A DNA stretch of 64,000 nt from contig JAIPBS010000005.1 in assembly GCA_021738625.1 (NCBI GenBank), positions 51,478-115,477 on the forward strand. The letters are read 5' to 3'. The DNA is from Bacteroidales bacterium. Lineage in GTDB: Bacteria; Bacteroidota; Bacteroidia; Bacteroidales; JAIOZK01. Of this stretch, positions 28,177-36,999 are shown piece by piece; position 1 is the stretch's first letter, and every line of letters begins with the position of its first letter. The notes under the pieces were generated by a model. It did no database searches and had not been told where the DNA came from. It saw only the letters and a list, made by a program, of their open reading frames with translations. The position numbers and the translations under genes are program-made.

Positions 28177-29208
28177 ATGCCATTTAGCTTTTTGCTGGCG
28201 ATTGCTTTAGTTTTGACTTTGACCTTGAATGTTGAAGCACAGGATAAACCAATCAAAGTAATGTTTTATAATGTTGAGAATCTGTTTGATATTGCAGATG
28301 ACAGCCTTACGGATGATGATGAGTTTACCCCGGGAGGTAGAAAGCATTGGACCAATAAAAGATTGGGCAGGAAGTTGAACGGAATTTATAAGGTCATCAT
28401 GGCCGCTGGTGATTATGACCCCCCTCAATTAATTGGTTTGGCCGAGGTTGAAAATAGTGAGGTGCTTGATATGCTAATCTCATATACCCCTCTGAAAGCT
28501 TTTGGCTATCAGCATATCCATTTTGATTCCGATGATAGACGGGGGATCGATGTGGCCCTGTTATACAGAGTGGATTTTTTTCAGCCTGTAACTGAAAATG
28601 TAATAGAAGTCATGTTTCCATTTGAACCAGGAACAAAAACAAGAAATATTTTACACGTGAAAGGCTGTTTTGCAGATTCGGTGACCCTAAATGTGTTTGT
28701 AAATCATTGGCCATCAAGGTATGGGGGTGTGAACGCCTCCGAGCAAAAGAGAATATATGCAGCTGAAACCTTGTTTAACTACCTCGAGTCCTTCTTCTGC
28801 GAAGAAGATATTTCTGACGAAAATATTTTGATTATGGGAGATTTTAATGATGAACCTCAAGATATAAGCCTGGAAATTCTCTCGAATAGCAAAAAAATTG
28901 AAACCTTTGAGTGCCCCTTGCTGTATAATCTTTTCTTTAAAAGCATGCCGAAACAACCAGGTACAATAAAATATCAGTCAAGCTGGTTTGTTTTTGACCA
29001 GATCATCGTTTCCCGATCTTTGGTCAACGGAAGAAAGGGATTGAAAGTGGATGGGGGAATGGAAATATTTGCTCCGGATTTTTTGTTGGTTGATGATGAG
29101 CGGAATATGGGTAAAAAAACATTCAGAACATACATGGGGCCCAGATATATTGGGGGAGTCAGTGATCATTTACCCGTAATGGTAAATCTTAAATTTGTTG
29201 ATGAGTGA
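28177..29208 (+). CDS. Exported endonuclease/exonuclease/phosphatase (EEP) family protein
   Basis: The track ORF starts at a TTG at 28060. I prefer the ATG at 28177, which gives MPFSFLLAIALVLTLTLNVEAQ, a clean signal peptide. EEP-type motifs are VMFYNVENLFD, GLAEVEN, NHWPSR, GDFND and SDHLPV. Confidence 0.8.
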   Translation: MPFSFLLAIALVLTLTLNVEAQDKPIKVMFYNVENLFDIADDSLTDDDEFTPGGRKHWTNKRLGRKLNGIYKVIMAAGDYDPPQLIGLAEVENSEVLDMLISYTPLKAFGYQHIHFDSDDRRGIDVALLYRVDFFQPVTENVIEVMFPFEPGTKTRNILHVKGCFADSVTLNVFVNHWPSRYGGVNASEQKRIYAAETLFNYLESFFCEEDISDENILIMGDFNDEPQDISLEILSNSKKIETFECPLLYNLFFKSMPKQPGTIKYQSSWFVFDQIIVSRSLVNGRKGLKVDGGMEIFAPDFLLVDDERNMGKKTFRTYMGPRYIGGVSDHLPVMVNLKFVDE

Positions 29209-32200
29209 TATGCAGGAAACAGAGAAACCTCATAAAATAAAAAGAAAAAGTCGCAGGAAGAAATGGTTAAAGCGGGTTTTGATAATACTGGCTGGGTTAA
29301 TGATCACACTTGGTTTGTTGATCTATTTTTTCTTTGATGACCTGATCAAAACTTCACTTTATGATTTCGTGCTGGTTGAAAGTAAGGAAGTATACAAGCT
29401 TAAATTTCAGGAAGTTGATTTTCAGTTCAAAAACAGCACTTTAACGATAAAAGGTGTTCATTTACAACCCGATACGAATCGCTATAAGAGCCTGGTTAAA
29501 GACGGGGGAAAACAAAAACCTCTCTATACGGTACGAATTGAAGAGATACAGCTTCAAAAGTTTAATTTCTTGGAATTATATTACGACGGACGTCTTGAGA
29601 TTGATAAGATCCTCGTAATAGATCCCGTGGTAGACCAGATTGGTATCCATCATGAAGATGTTTCAAAACCGCATAAAAAGTTTATTGAGGTTCTTCAAAA
29701 TGTTTCCAACAAATACCTGGAGGAGACGCAGATCAATGAGATCGTATTGAGGAACGGAAACTTTGGATTTTACAGTGCCATTGGAGACACCCTTACCGAT
29801 GCTGGGATTGATGGCATTTCAATATATCTGAAGGAATTCAGAATAAACGATGCTACAGTTGTTTCTGACAAAAAGATACTTTTCTCTGAGGACATCGAAA
29901 TTAATCTTGAAAAAATTGAAGCCATCCTCATAAACAACTCTCACTGGCTTACAATTGATTCGATCAGCTTTTCTACAATCGACAGTAGTTTGAATACACA
30001 TGGGGTTAAAGTAGAACCGGTTGATTCGTTGAAAAGAGGCCGGGGTGTGGAAGATAAACTGTTGATCAATTTTGATATGCCGTCGATTTCCTTTGCTGAT
30101 GTAAATATAAACAAATTATTTTTTGAGGATTATCTTGCAAGCGATAGCCTTATTTTCAAAAAACCCGTGCTCAAACTTTATGGCCAGCCAAAAAAAGGTT
30201 CGGATAATAGAATAGACCAGCAGTTTAACAAACGGTTCCTACTTGATTTGTTTTCTGATTATCTGGTAGGAATTGATGTAAATCATTTGTTTTTGGAGCA
30301 TGGAAATTATGTTGCATATGACGGCATAACAGACACAGTGCCCAGAACACACGCCGAAAGCATTGATTTTAGTTTGAACGGAATACACATTGATACTGCC
30401 CATCTTGACGACCAACAGGAGCTTATAATCGCTGATGATGCTTCACTTATTGTTGAACGGTTTGTTTCGCGTTTACAGAAGACAAGGCATCGTTTGACGA
30501 TTGAAAAAATTCACTTTGATTCCTATTCTGAATTTATAGCGCTTTCCCAGCTCAGTCTGGTGCCTGATGGGAATGTAAGTGATAGTATAACAGCCGGTTT
30601 GCCATTCCTGAGAATATCTCAGGTGAACTTCAGGAAGTTGCTGAACTCCGGTGAGGTCATTGCCGAAAAAGTCTATGTCAAGAAACCTGATATCACTGCC
30701 AACATGCTTTTAGACGCTTCAAAACAAAATAAAACAGCGGATAACAACAAGCCCTTTAAAATGATTGCTTTCGATTCATTATATCTGGACAGTTGCCGCT
30801 ATACGATAAAACTTAGGGATAGCATGGGGGTAGTTCAGTCGGAATTGCATTGCAGGCTTTTATTACTTGAGTTGTTGAATGATACCATAGACTTTTCTCA
30901 TACCGAACTTTTTGAAATGGGAGCGATCGATCTCATACAGGAAGATTTCCATTTCTCTATACCTTCGATAAATAGAAAAATTGAAGTTGGGCAGATGCAT
31001 ATTTCATCAGTTGATTCAACAGTATATCTCAAAAATGCATCTATGCTGACTGTTGATGACTCCCAGGAGTTGGCAGATGCGAATGGCATCCCCGGACGGA
31101 TAGACATTCCTGAATTGATTTTAAGCCGGATTGATCCTGTTGAATATTTCCGGGACAAAAATCTCCTGGCCCAAAATCTTGTTGTTACAAATCCTTACCT
31201 CGAACTTGCTGTAACAAACAAATTCTCAGGCAATGAACACCTCACGAAAAAATTGCTCAGAAAGAAAATGAGTGAAGTGTTTGCGGTTTTCAGTATAAAT
31301 AAGGTCCAACTTAAGAATTTGAAAATTGGATTATCCGGGAATGATCAACCACCTTTAATTCAACATATAGGAGATCATGGACTTACGATCGGGATTGATG
31401 GCTTTGCATTTAACAAGCATTTGCCTGATCCGGATCGCTTTCTTTTTAGTGAAGATATTACTCTGAATATAAACGATCTTACAGTTCCTTTCCAGGGCAC
31501 ATTCTATAGTATGTCTATCAAGGATCTATATCTTTCCACCATGGGGCGTAATGTCAAGCTTACAGGATTGCGACTGAATACAAGCGAAAATGAGTCACTG
31601 AGCCTGAATTTGCCCCGTTTTGAAATAAACCGGATTGATTTTGAGAAGCTTTTGTTTGGCAGGCAGATTGAAGTAGGTTCTATTGAATTGCTCGCACCCG
31701 ATTTGTTTCTTAAACCCCATTTCAATAAGCAACCCGATGGGGAAATGGATTTCGTGGTTCAAAATCCCGGGATCATAAAAACTACATCAATTGACAGTGT
31801 TTTAATTAACTATGGCGAACTTTATTATGAAAATCAGGACGGAATGATTGACAGCCTGAAAACTGATTTTAAAGTTCTGGTTCGTGATGTCAATTTAGAG
31901 GAGGGAGTATCTTACCGGTTTGGAAAAGATTCTTTGATTACCGATAAAATTGAATTGACAGTTAAAAATCTTTTCTCACGCGGTATGCGTGGTTTTTACA
32001 CCTTTTCATTGGCAGATGGGAACATCCGCATCGACAGCGGAAAAATGGCTCTGCATGGGTTAAAGCTACATCCTGCATATCCGCAACTCCTAACAGATGA
32101 TATGAGGGAGGATACCATGAATCATGTAATTTCGGTTGAAATTCCTCATGCTACGATTGATGGTATTGGATTTGAAGATTTGATAAGGTTAAATGGCTTG

Positions 32201-33544
32201 CATATTGGAGATATCGGCTTTAAGAAAACCAATGTTGGTTTGTTTTCACTGAAAATTCCCGTCGGTGATGAAAACCCGAAAGAGCAGACTAAACTGAGGC
32301 TTCCCAAAAGTTTGCCCGAGCTATCGATTGGAAATGTTGATTTTGGTGATGTAAATTTTAAATGGCATCAGGTGTTCCCAGATTCTGTTACATCATTTAT
32401 ACTGGATGATTTATTGTTGAAAGTGAATCGTTTACAACTAGATAGCGCCAGCATAAACGGGCCGCATAATTTCATGTTTGCAGAAAATATCGAATTGGAA
32501 AGCGACCATTATGGTTTCAATACAAAAAATGGCATGTATGAGATGTATTTTGGTAAACTCAAACTTTCAACAGGAGCAAATAAAGTTACATTGGATTCGT
32601 TTAGTCTGCGTCCGAGATTTGAAAAATATGAATTTGCCCGGCGGGTCGGACATCAGACTGATAGAATGATACTTAGCGTGGAGGATATCAGTATCAACAA
32701 GCTGGATTTTAAAGCGCTGACTCAAAGCAGCAGCATTATATCAGAGCGGATTGATATTGGCAGCTTTCAGTTTGAAGCTTTCCGTGATAAGAGCGTTCCC
32801 TTTCCTGAAGATCAGCTTCGCGGGATGCCCAGACAGATGCTGAAGCAGATTCCCCTGAAAACAATTATCGATACCATTGCTTTGAACAACGGTAAAATTA
32901 CTTACGGTGAGCGTATGCATAAAACCTGGTCGGACGGTGAGGTAATCCTGGACGACTTTAATGGCACCATAACCGGATTGAAAAATGATTGGAGTAAAGA
33001 TGACACTCTTGTAGCAAAAGTGGACTTTAAGCTAATGAAAGAGGGAGACGCCCATATTAAGCTTGGTGTTCCTTTGGCCTCAAAGGCGGACACCTTCTTT
33101 TTGCATGGCGAGCTAAACCGTATGGACTTGTCGGCTTTCAACTCAATGACCAGAAGCCTGTTTGGGGTTGCCATAAAAAAAGGTATGGGAGAAGTTGATG
33201 ACATTCGCATGCATGGAAACGCTGAAAACATGACCGGTGAGTTGATCTTTCCTTTTAGAAAACTAAAAATTCAATTGATCAATCCCCGAACAGGCGAAAG
33301 GGGGGGGATAGGAGATGGGATCATGACTTTTTTGGCCAATGAAATTTTACTGAGGAGCAATAACCCTCGATTTTTGCGCAAAATTCGTGTCGGAACCGTT
33401 TATGCGCCCCGTGACCCCAAACGTTCCATATTCAATTATATATGGAAAGGAATACTTAGTGGAATTGAATCTACACTGGGATACAGCGATAAGGAACAAA
33501 GACAGCAAAGAAGGGAGTTACGAAAAAAGCAACGGAAGGAATGA
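29201..33544 (+). CDS. Very large N-terminally anchored envelope protein, AsmA/DUF748-like (tentative)
   Basis: About 1447 aa. A basic N-terminus (KIKRKSRRKKWLKR) is followed by one TM helix (VLIILAGLMITLGLLIYFFF). The long beta-rich body has no enzymatic motifs that I recognise. The ATG at 29201 overlaps the EEP stop by 8 nt (ATGAGTGA). The family assignment rests on architecture only. Confidence 0.5.
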   Translation: MSDMQETEKPHKIKRKSRRKKWLKRVLIILAGLMITLGLLIYFFFDDLIKTSLYDFVLVESKEVYKLKFQEVDFQFKNSTLTIKGVHLQPDTNRYKSLVKDGGKQKPLYTVRIEEIQLQKFNFLELYYDGRLEIDKILVIDPVVDQIGIHHEDVSKPHKKFIEVLQNVSNKYLEETQINEIVLRNGNFGFYSAIGDTLTDAGIDGISIYLKEFRINDATVVSDKKILFSEDIEINLEKIEAILINNSHWLTIDSISFSTIDSSLNTHGVKVEPVDSLKRGRGVEDKLLINFDMPSISFADVNINKLFFEDYLASDSLIFKKPVLKLYGQPKKGSDNRIDQQFNKRFLLDLFSDYLVGIDVNHLFLEHGNYVAYDGITDTVPRTHAESIDFSLNGIHIDTAHLDDQQELIIADDASLIVERFVSRLQKTRHRLTIEKIHFDSYSEFIALSQLSLVPDGNVSDSITAGLPFLRISQVNFRKLLNSGEVIAEKVYVKKPDITANMLLDASKQNKTADNNKPFKMIAFDSLYLDSCRYTIKLRDSMGVVQSELHCRLLLLELLNDTIDFSHTELFEMGAIDLIQEDFHFSIPSINRKIEVGQMHISSVDSTVYLKNASMLTVDDSQELADANGIPGRIDIPELILSRIDPVEYFRDKNLLAQNLVVTNPYLELAVTNKFSGNEHLTKKLLRKKMSEVFAVFSINKVQLKNLKIGLSGNDQPPLIQHIGDHGLTIGIDGFAFNKHLPDPDRFLFSEDITLNINDLTVPFQGTFYSMSIKDLYLSTMGRNVKLTGLRLNTSENESLSLNLPRFEINRIDFEKLLFGRQIEVGSIELLAPDLFLKPHFNKQPDGEMDFVVQNPGIIKTTSIDSVLINYGELYYENQDGMIDSLKTDFKVLVRDVNLEEGVSYRFGKDSLITDKIELTVKNLFSRGMRGFYTFSLADGNIRIDSGKMALHGLKLHPAYPQLLTDDMREDTMNHVISVEIPHATIDGIGFEDLIRLNGLHIGDIGFKKTNVGLFSLKIPVGDENPKEQTKLRLPKSLPELSIGNVDFGDVNFKWHQVFPDSVTSFILDDLLLKVNRLQLDSASINGPHNFMFAENIELESDHYGFNTKNGMYEMYFGKLKLSTGANKVTLDSFSLRPRFEKYEFARRVGHQTDRMILSVEDISINKLDFKALTQSSSIISERIDIGSFQFEAFRDKSVPFPEDQLRGMPRQMLKQIPLKTIIDTIALNNGKITYGERMHKTWSDGEVILDDFNGTITGLKNDWSKDDTLVAKVDFKLMKEGDAHIKLGVPLASKADTFFLHGELNRMDLSAFNSMTRSLFGVAIKKGMGEVDDIRMHGNAENMTGELIFPFRKLKIQLINPRTGERGGIGDGIMTFLANEILLRSNNPRFLRKIRVGTVYAPRDPKRSIFNYIWKGILSGIESTLGYSDKEQRQQRRELRKKQRKE

Positions 33545-33558
33545 TTATTTTATCCGCC

Positions 33559-34728
33559 TTACTCCCAGACACCTGCAATTTGCTTGCCGCAGTTGCCGCA
33601 AATGCCTTTTTCCATATTTTTGAATGACGTCCTGAATCCCCGCCTCTGTATAACTATTTCACCACAATCCGGACAATAAGTATGCTCGCCAATCCCCGGT
33701 ACATTCCCGATATATACATAATTTAATCCGGAAGAAAGGCCAATTTCCCTGGCCATGTTTAAAGTTTCCACCGGGGTAGCAGGTATGTTTTTTAGTTTAT
33801 ACATTGGATGAAACCTGCTAAAATGCAGGGGCACATCATTGAATCCATTTTCATAGAGCCAGTCACACATTTTCCTGATCATATCCGTGTCATCTGTCCA
33901 GCTGGGAACTACCAGGTTTGTTATTTCAAGCCAAACGCCCTCTTCTTTCAAAATTTTAAGACTCTCAAGCACAGGTTCCAGGGTGCCGGCATTCAGCATT
34001 TCATAGGTTTCATTGCTGAATGATTTCAGGTCAATGTTGGCTGCATCGATGTATTTGCACCAGTTTCTGAGCGGTTCCTCATTGATATAGCCTGCAGAAA
34101 TAATCACATTCTTGATGTTTTTTTCTTTTGCCAGTTTTGAGGTATCCAAGGTGTATTCGTAGAAAGCGATCGGATCGGAATAAGTATAGGCGATGGAGCG
34201 GCAATCGTAAGCCTGGCATTGCTCAATTACATCGGCTGGCATCAGGTCATGGTTTCGCGTATCATAGGGGGATGACTGGGATATTTCCCAGTTCTGGCAA
34301 TTGAGGCAGGCCAGGTTGCAACCGGCAGTGGCAATGCTGAACGCGCGAGAGGAGGGAAGAAAATGATAAAGCGGTTTTTTTTCGATCGGATCAACATGCA
34401 CTGCACACGGATTTCCATAAGTAATGCTGAAGAGTTTTCCATCCTCACGCAGATTTGTTTTGCAATCGCCGGTTTCTCCTTCTTTTAGCACACAAGCCTG
34501 CGGACAAAGGCGGCATTTGATCCCTCTGGGGGTGTTTACATAGTAAATGGCCTCCTTGCTCCATTTCCATAATTTACCCGGATTTAAAGGTGGTGCTGTT
34601 GCTTTACCGTTAAATGAATTTGCGATGGACGCCATTCCACTCAAACAAAAAGCGAGTCCGCAACTTCCCACGATCCCCTGTTTGATAAACTCCCGTTTGT
34701 TGATTCTTTTGTTGTCTTTCTTGCTCAT
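33559..34728 (-). CDS. amrS: AmmeMemoRadiSam system radical SAM enzyme with an N-terminal Tat-like signal
   Basis: 389 aa. The radical SAM cluster motif is CNLACLNCQNW (CxxxCxxC). An upstream Cys cluster reads CRLCPQACVLKEGETGDC. The C-terminal zinc-ribbon-like segment is CPDCG...CGNCG. The N-terminus NKREFIKQGIVGSCGLAFCLSGMASIANS resembles a twin-arginine signal, with KR in place of RR. Confidence 0.85.
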   Translation of the reverse strand: MSKKDNKRINKREFIKQGIVGSCGLAFCLSGMASIANSFNGKATAPPLNPGKLWKWSKEAIYYVNTPRGIKCRLCPQACVLKEGETGDCKTNLREDGKLFSITYGNPCAVHVDPIEKKPLYHFLPSSRAFSIATAGCNLACLNCQNWEISQSSPYDTRNHDLMPADVIEQCQAYDCRSIAYTYSDPIAFYEYTLDTSKLAKEKNIKNVIISAGYINEEPLRNWCKYIDAANIDLKSFSNETYEMLNAGTLEPVLESLKILKEEGVWLEITNLVVPSWTDDTDMIRKMCDWLYENGFNDVPLHFSRFHPMYKLKNIPATPVETLNMAREIGLSSGLNYVYIGNVPGIGEHTYCPDCGEIVIQRRGFRTSFKNMEKGICGNCGKQIAGVWE

Positions 34729-34764
34729 CTTGTTTTCTGATCCAGTAAATGCAAAATTAGTTAT

Positions 34765-36903
34765 TTAAGTTATTAATTTTTTGTGCTTCAGATAGATTAA
34801 AAGTGCCACCAAAAAATTGAAACCAGCCAGAACATAAGTCGAAGCTGTAATGCCCAGCAAAGGAACCAAGATAATGGAGGTGAGGATCGCGCCTGCTGCC
34901 GAACCGAACATGTCTGCGCTGTATGTTACTGCAGCTAACGGCTTAATACCGGATTGCTGAATTCTGGTTGAATAAGCAAATTGAAGACCCACCAACATTC
35001 CACCGGTAAATGTGAACAGCAGGAACAAAGCGTGCATGATCAATTCCATCGACACGAGCTCTCTTAACAATAACAAAACCAATGGTGTGGAAATTGCATA
35101 AACGCCGATTAAAAGCTGTATCCCGGAGTATGTTTTAAGATTAAATACCCAAACAGATTTGATCAGCCGCAGGGCGCCGAATGCCAGCCCGCCCATGAAT
35201 ACGGGTATGATGAATCCCAGGAAAAGATAGACATAGCCGTAAATGATCTGATAAGAGAAAAGCAAAATAAACTCGATGGAGGCGGCGGTGAAACCTCCAG
35301 TGTAAAGGGCTGTATTCACCAGCTTGTTTCCCGCAACCGGAACAATGATCAACAATGCAAGCAAACCGATCAATATCCACCGGTTGTATTCGAAATGCTT
35401 CAACCACTGGTTGATCTCGGCAAAATATAAAACCGGCCTGAAATCTTTGTTTGGTTTTGTTTGCTCAGGCAGTTGTTCCCTGATTATTTCACTCTGATGT
35501 TTAAGCAAAGATGAATCAAGGTAAAAGCTGTTGACATAGTCCGTTTGGATGTTGTGTTTTTCAATATTGTTAAGAAAACCATAATCCAACCGGCCGTCTG
35601 AGGCGAGATAATAATTCCGGTTACCGGCGATCAACTGAACATGCTTAAAAACCTTTTTAAGGCTATGATGTAGAATGGCATTGGTCAGGGCGGATTCTTC
35701 ACTCATATAATTGGCCGTTGATGAAAGTGAAATTGAAATCAGCCCGGAACTTGTGAGATGCTGTTTCAGTCTTTTGAAAAAGTCGATGGTGAAATACCTG
35801 TTAAACTGAGCGGTGGAGGGATCGGGTGTGTTGATCAATGCCACATCAAATTTCTTTTCGGTTTCATTGAGGAATATCCGCGCATCTTTATGCAAAACCT
35901 TTACTTCACTGGTTTTAAATAAAGAATCCGTTTCCGGTATGAAATGTTTTGCAAGCTTGACCAGGTATTTATTTGGTTCGAGCAGAACGATTTCCTCCAC
36001 ATCAGGATATTTAACGATCTCATTCGCCGACCCGAACAAACCTCCCGAAATCATCAGGATCTGTTTTGCATATGGCCGCTGAAGCATAGCAAAATGTACC
36101 CTCTCTTCCAGCCTGGTGATACTTCTTGAAGAATACACCGCCTGTCCGCTTTCATAAAAATTCACCTGCCCGTTGGATTCTGTTACAGCCAGCTCCCCAA
36201 ATGGAGTTTGCTCAACAGATAATATTTCCTGGCCGCGGAAAAGTTCTTCTCTCAGGCAATACTTGGGGCAAATGAATATAAGATATAAAGGTAGGATCAG
36301 GCATATCAGGATGAACAAGATGCGAACGGCAGTGTATTGACCTGTTTGCAGATTGTAAAAAACAAACAAAATATTGATCAACATAACAACCGACAGCACA
36401 ACGTCAGATGAAAAAAAATTGATCATCAGCAGGTTGAATATTACGCCCCCGCCTATGCTGCCGATTCCTTCCCATGCATATACTTCACCTACAGTGTCTT
36501 GTTTCTTGCTACTGTTGTATAGTGCGGATAGAAGAGGGAATGAAATTCCACCGAGCAAACAAAATGGAGCAAGCATAACCAGACTGAGCAAAATGATCTC
36601 ATATAATCCAACCGCTACCCCATACGTAAAAATATCATGAAAGAAAATATTCAGGCTGGTTACACTTCCCAATGCAATCAGGCTGAGCAGGAGGGGGTTA
36701 TAGTAAAGTGCATAATTTCGAAGTCCGGAAGGCAAAAATTTCGTAAGCAGCGCACCTGCCGCGGTCAGCAACATCCAGCTTGCAAGGATGATTCCCATAA
36801 CCAGTTCGTTTCCGCCGGCAACAATCATAAATTCGCGCATCATGATGATTTGCGTGATGATGGAGGTAAATCCCAGTAGGACTGCTGCTATTCTTATCTT
36901 CAT
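34765..36903 (-). CDS. Polytopic membrane protein with an embedded spermidine-synthase-like (aminopropyl/methyltransferase fold) domain
   Basis: 712 aa with multiple TM helices at both ends. The central soluble domain has spermidine-synthase-like motifs (ILMISGGLFGSANEIVKYPDVEEIVLLE, DVALINTPDPSTAQFNRYFT). Confidence 0.75.
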   Translation of the reverse strand: MKIRIAAVLLGFTSIITQIIMMREFMIVAGGNELVMGIILASWMLLTAAGALLTKFLPSGLRNYALYYNPLLLSLIALGSVTSLNIFFHDIFTYGVAVGLYEIILLSLVMLAPFCLLGGISFPLLSALYNSSKKQDTVGEVYAWEGIGSIGGGVIFNLLMINFFSSDVVLSVVMLINILFVFYNLQTGQYTAVRILFILICLILPLYLIFICPKYCLREELFRGQEILSVEQTPFGELAVTESNGQVNFYESGQAVYSSRSITRLEERVHFAMLQRPYAKQILMISGGLFGSANEIVKYPDVEEIVLLEPNKYLVKLAKHFIPETDSLFKTSEVKVLHKDARIFLNETEKKFDVALINTPDPSTAQFNRYFTIDFFKRLKQHLTSSGLISISLSSTANYMSEESALTNAILHHSLKKVFKHVQLIAGNRNYYLASDGRLDYGFLNNIEKHNIQTDYVNSFYLDSSLLKHQSEIIREQLPEQTKPNKDFRPVLYFAEINQWLKHFEYNRWILIGLLALLIIVPVAGNKLVNTALYTGGFTAASIEFILLFSYQIIYGYVYLFLGFIIPVFMGGLAFGALRLIKSVWVFNLKTYSGIQLLIGVYAISTPLVLLLLRELVSMELIMHALFLLFTFTGGMLVGLQFAYSTRIQQSGIKPLAAVTYSADMFGSAAGAILTSIILVPLLGITASTYVLAGFNFLVALLIYLKHKKLIT

Positions 36904-36955
36904 CTATATCCGAAAAAAATTTGTATTTTTATTTTTAACCTTAACTGTTAAGTTA

Positions 36956-36963
36956 TAATTTTG
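36956..36963 (+). promoter_or_regulatory. Bacteroidota-type -7 box (TAATTTTG) upstream of the amrB-amrA fusion gene
   Basis: Exact TAnnTTTG match, 36 nt upstream of the ATG at 37000. Confidence 0.35.
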
Positions 36964-36999
36964 AGTTAATAAAGCTGCTGAGACTAAATTAACCAAAAA

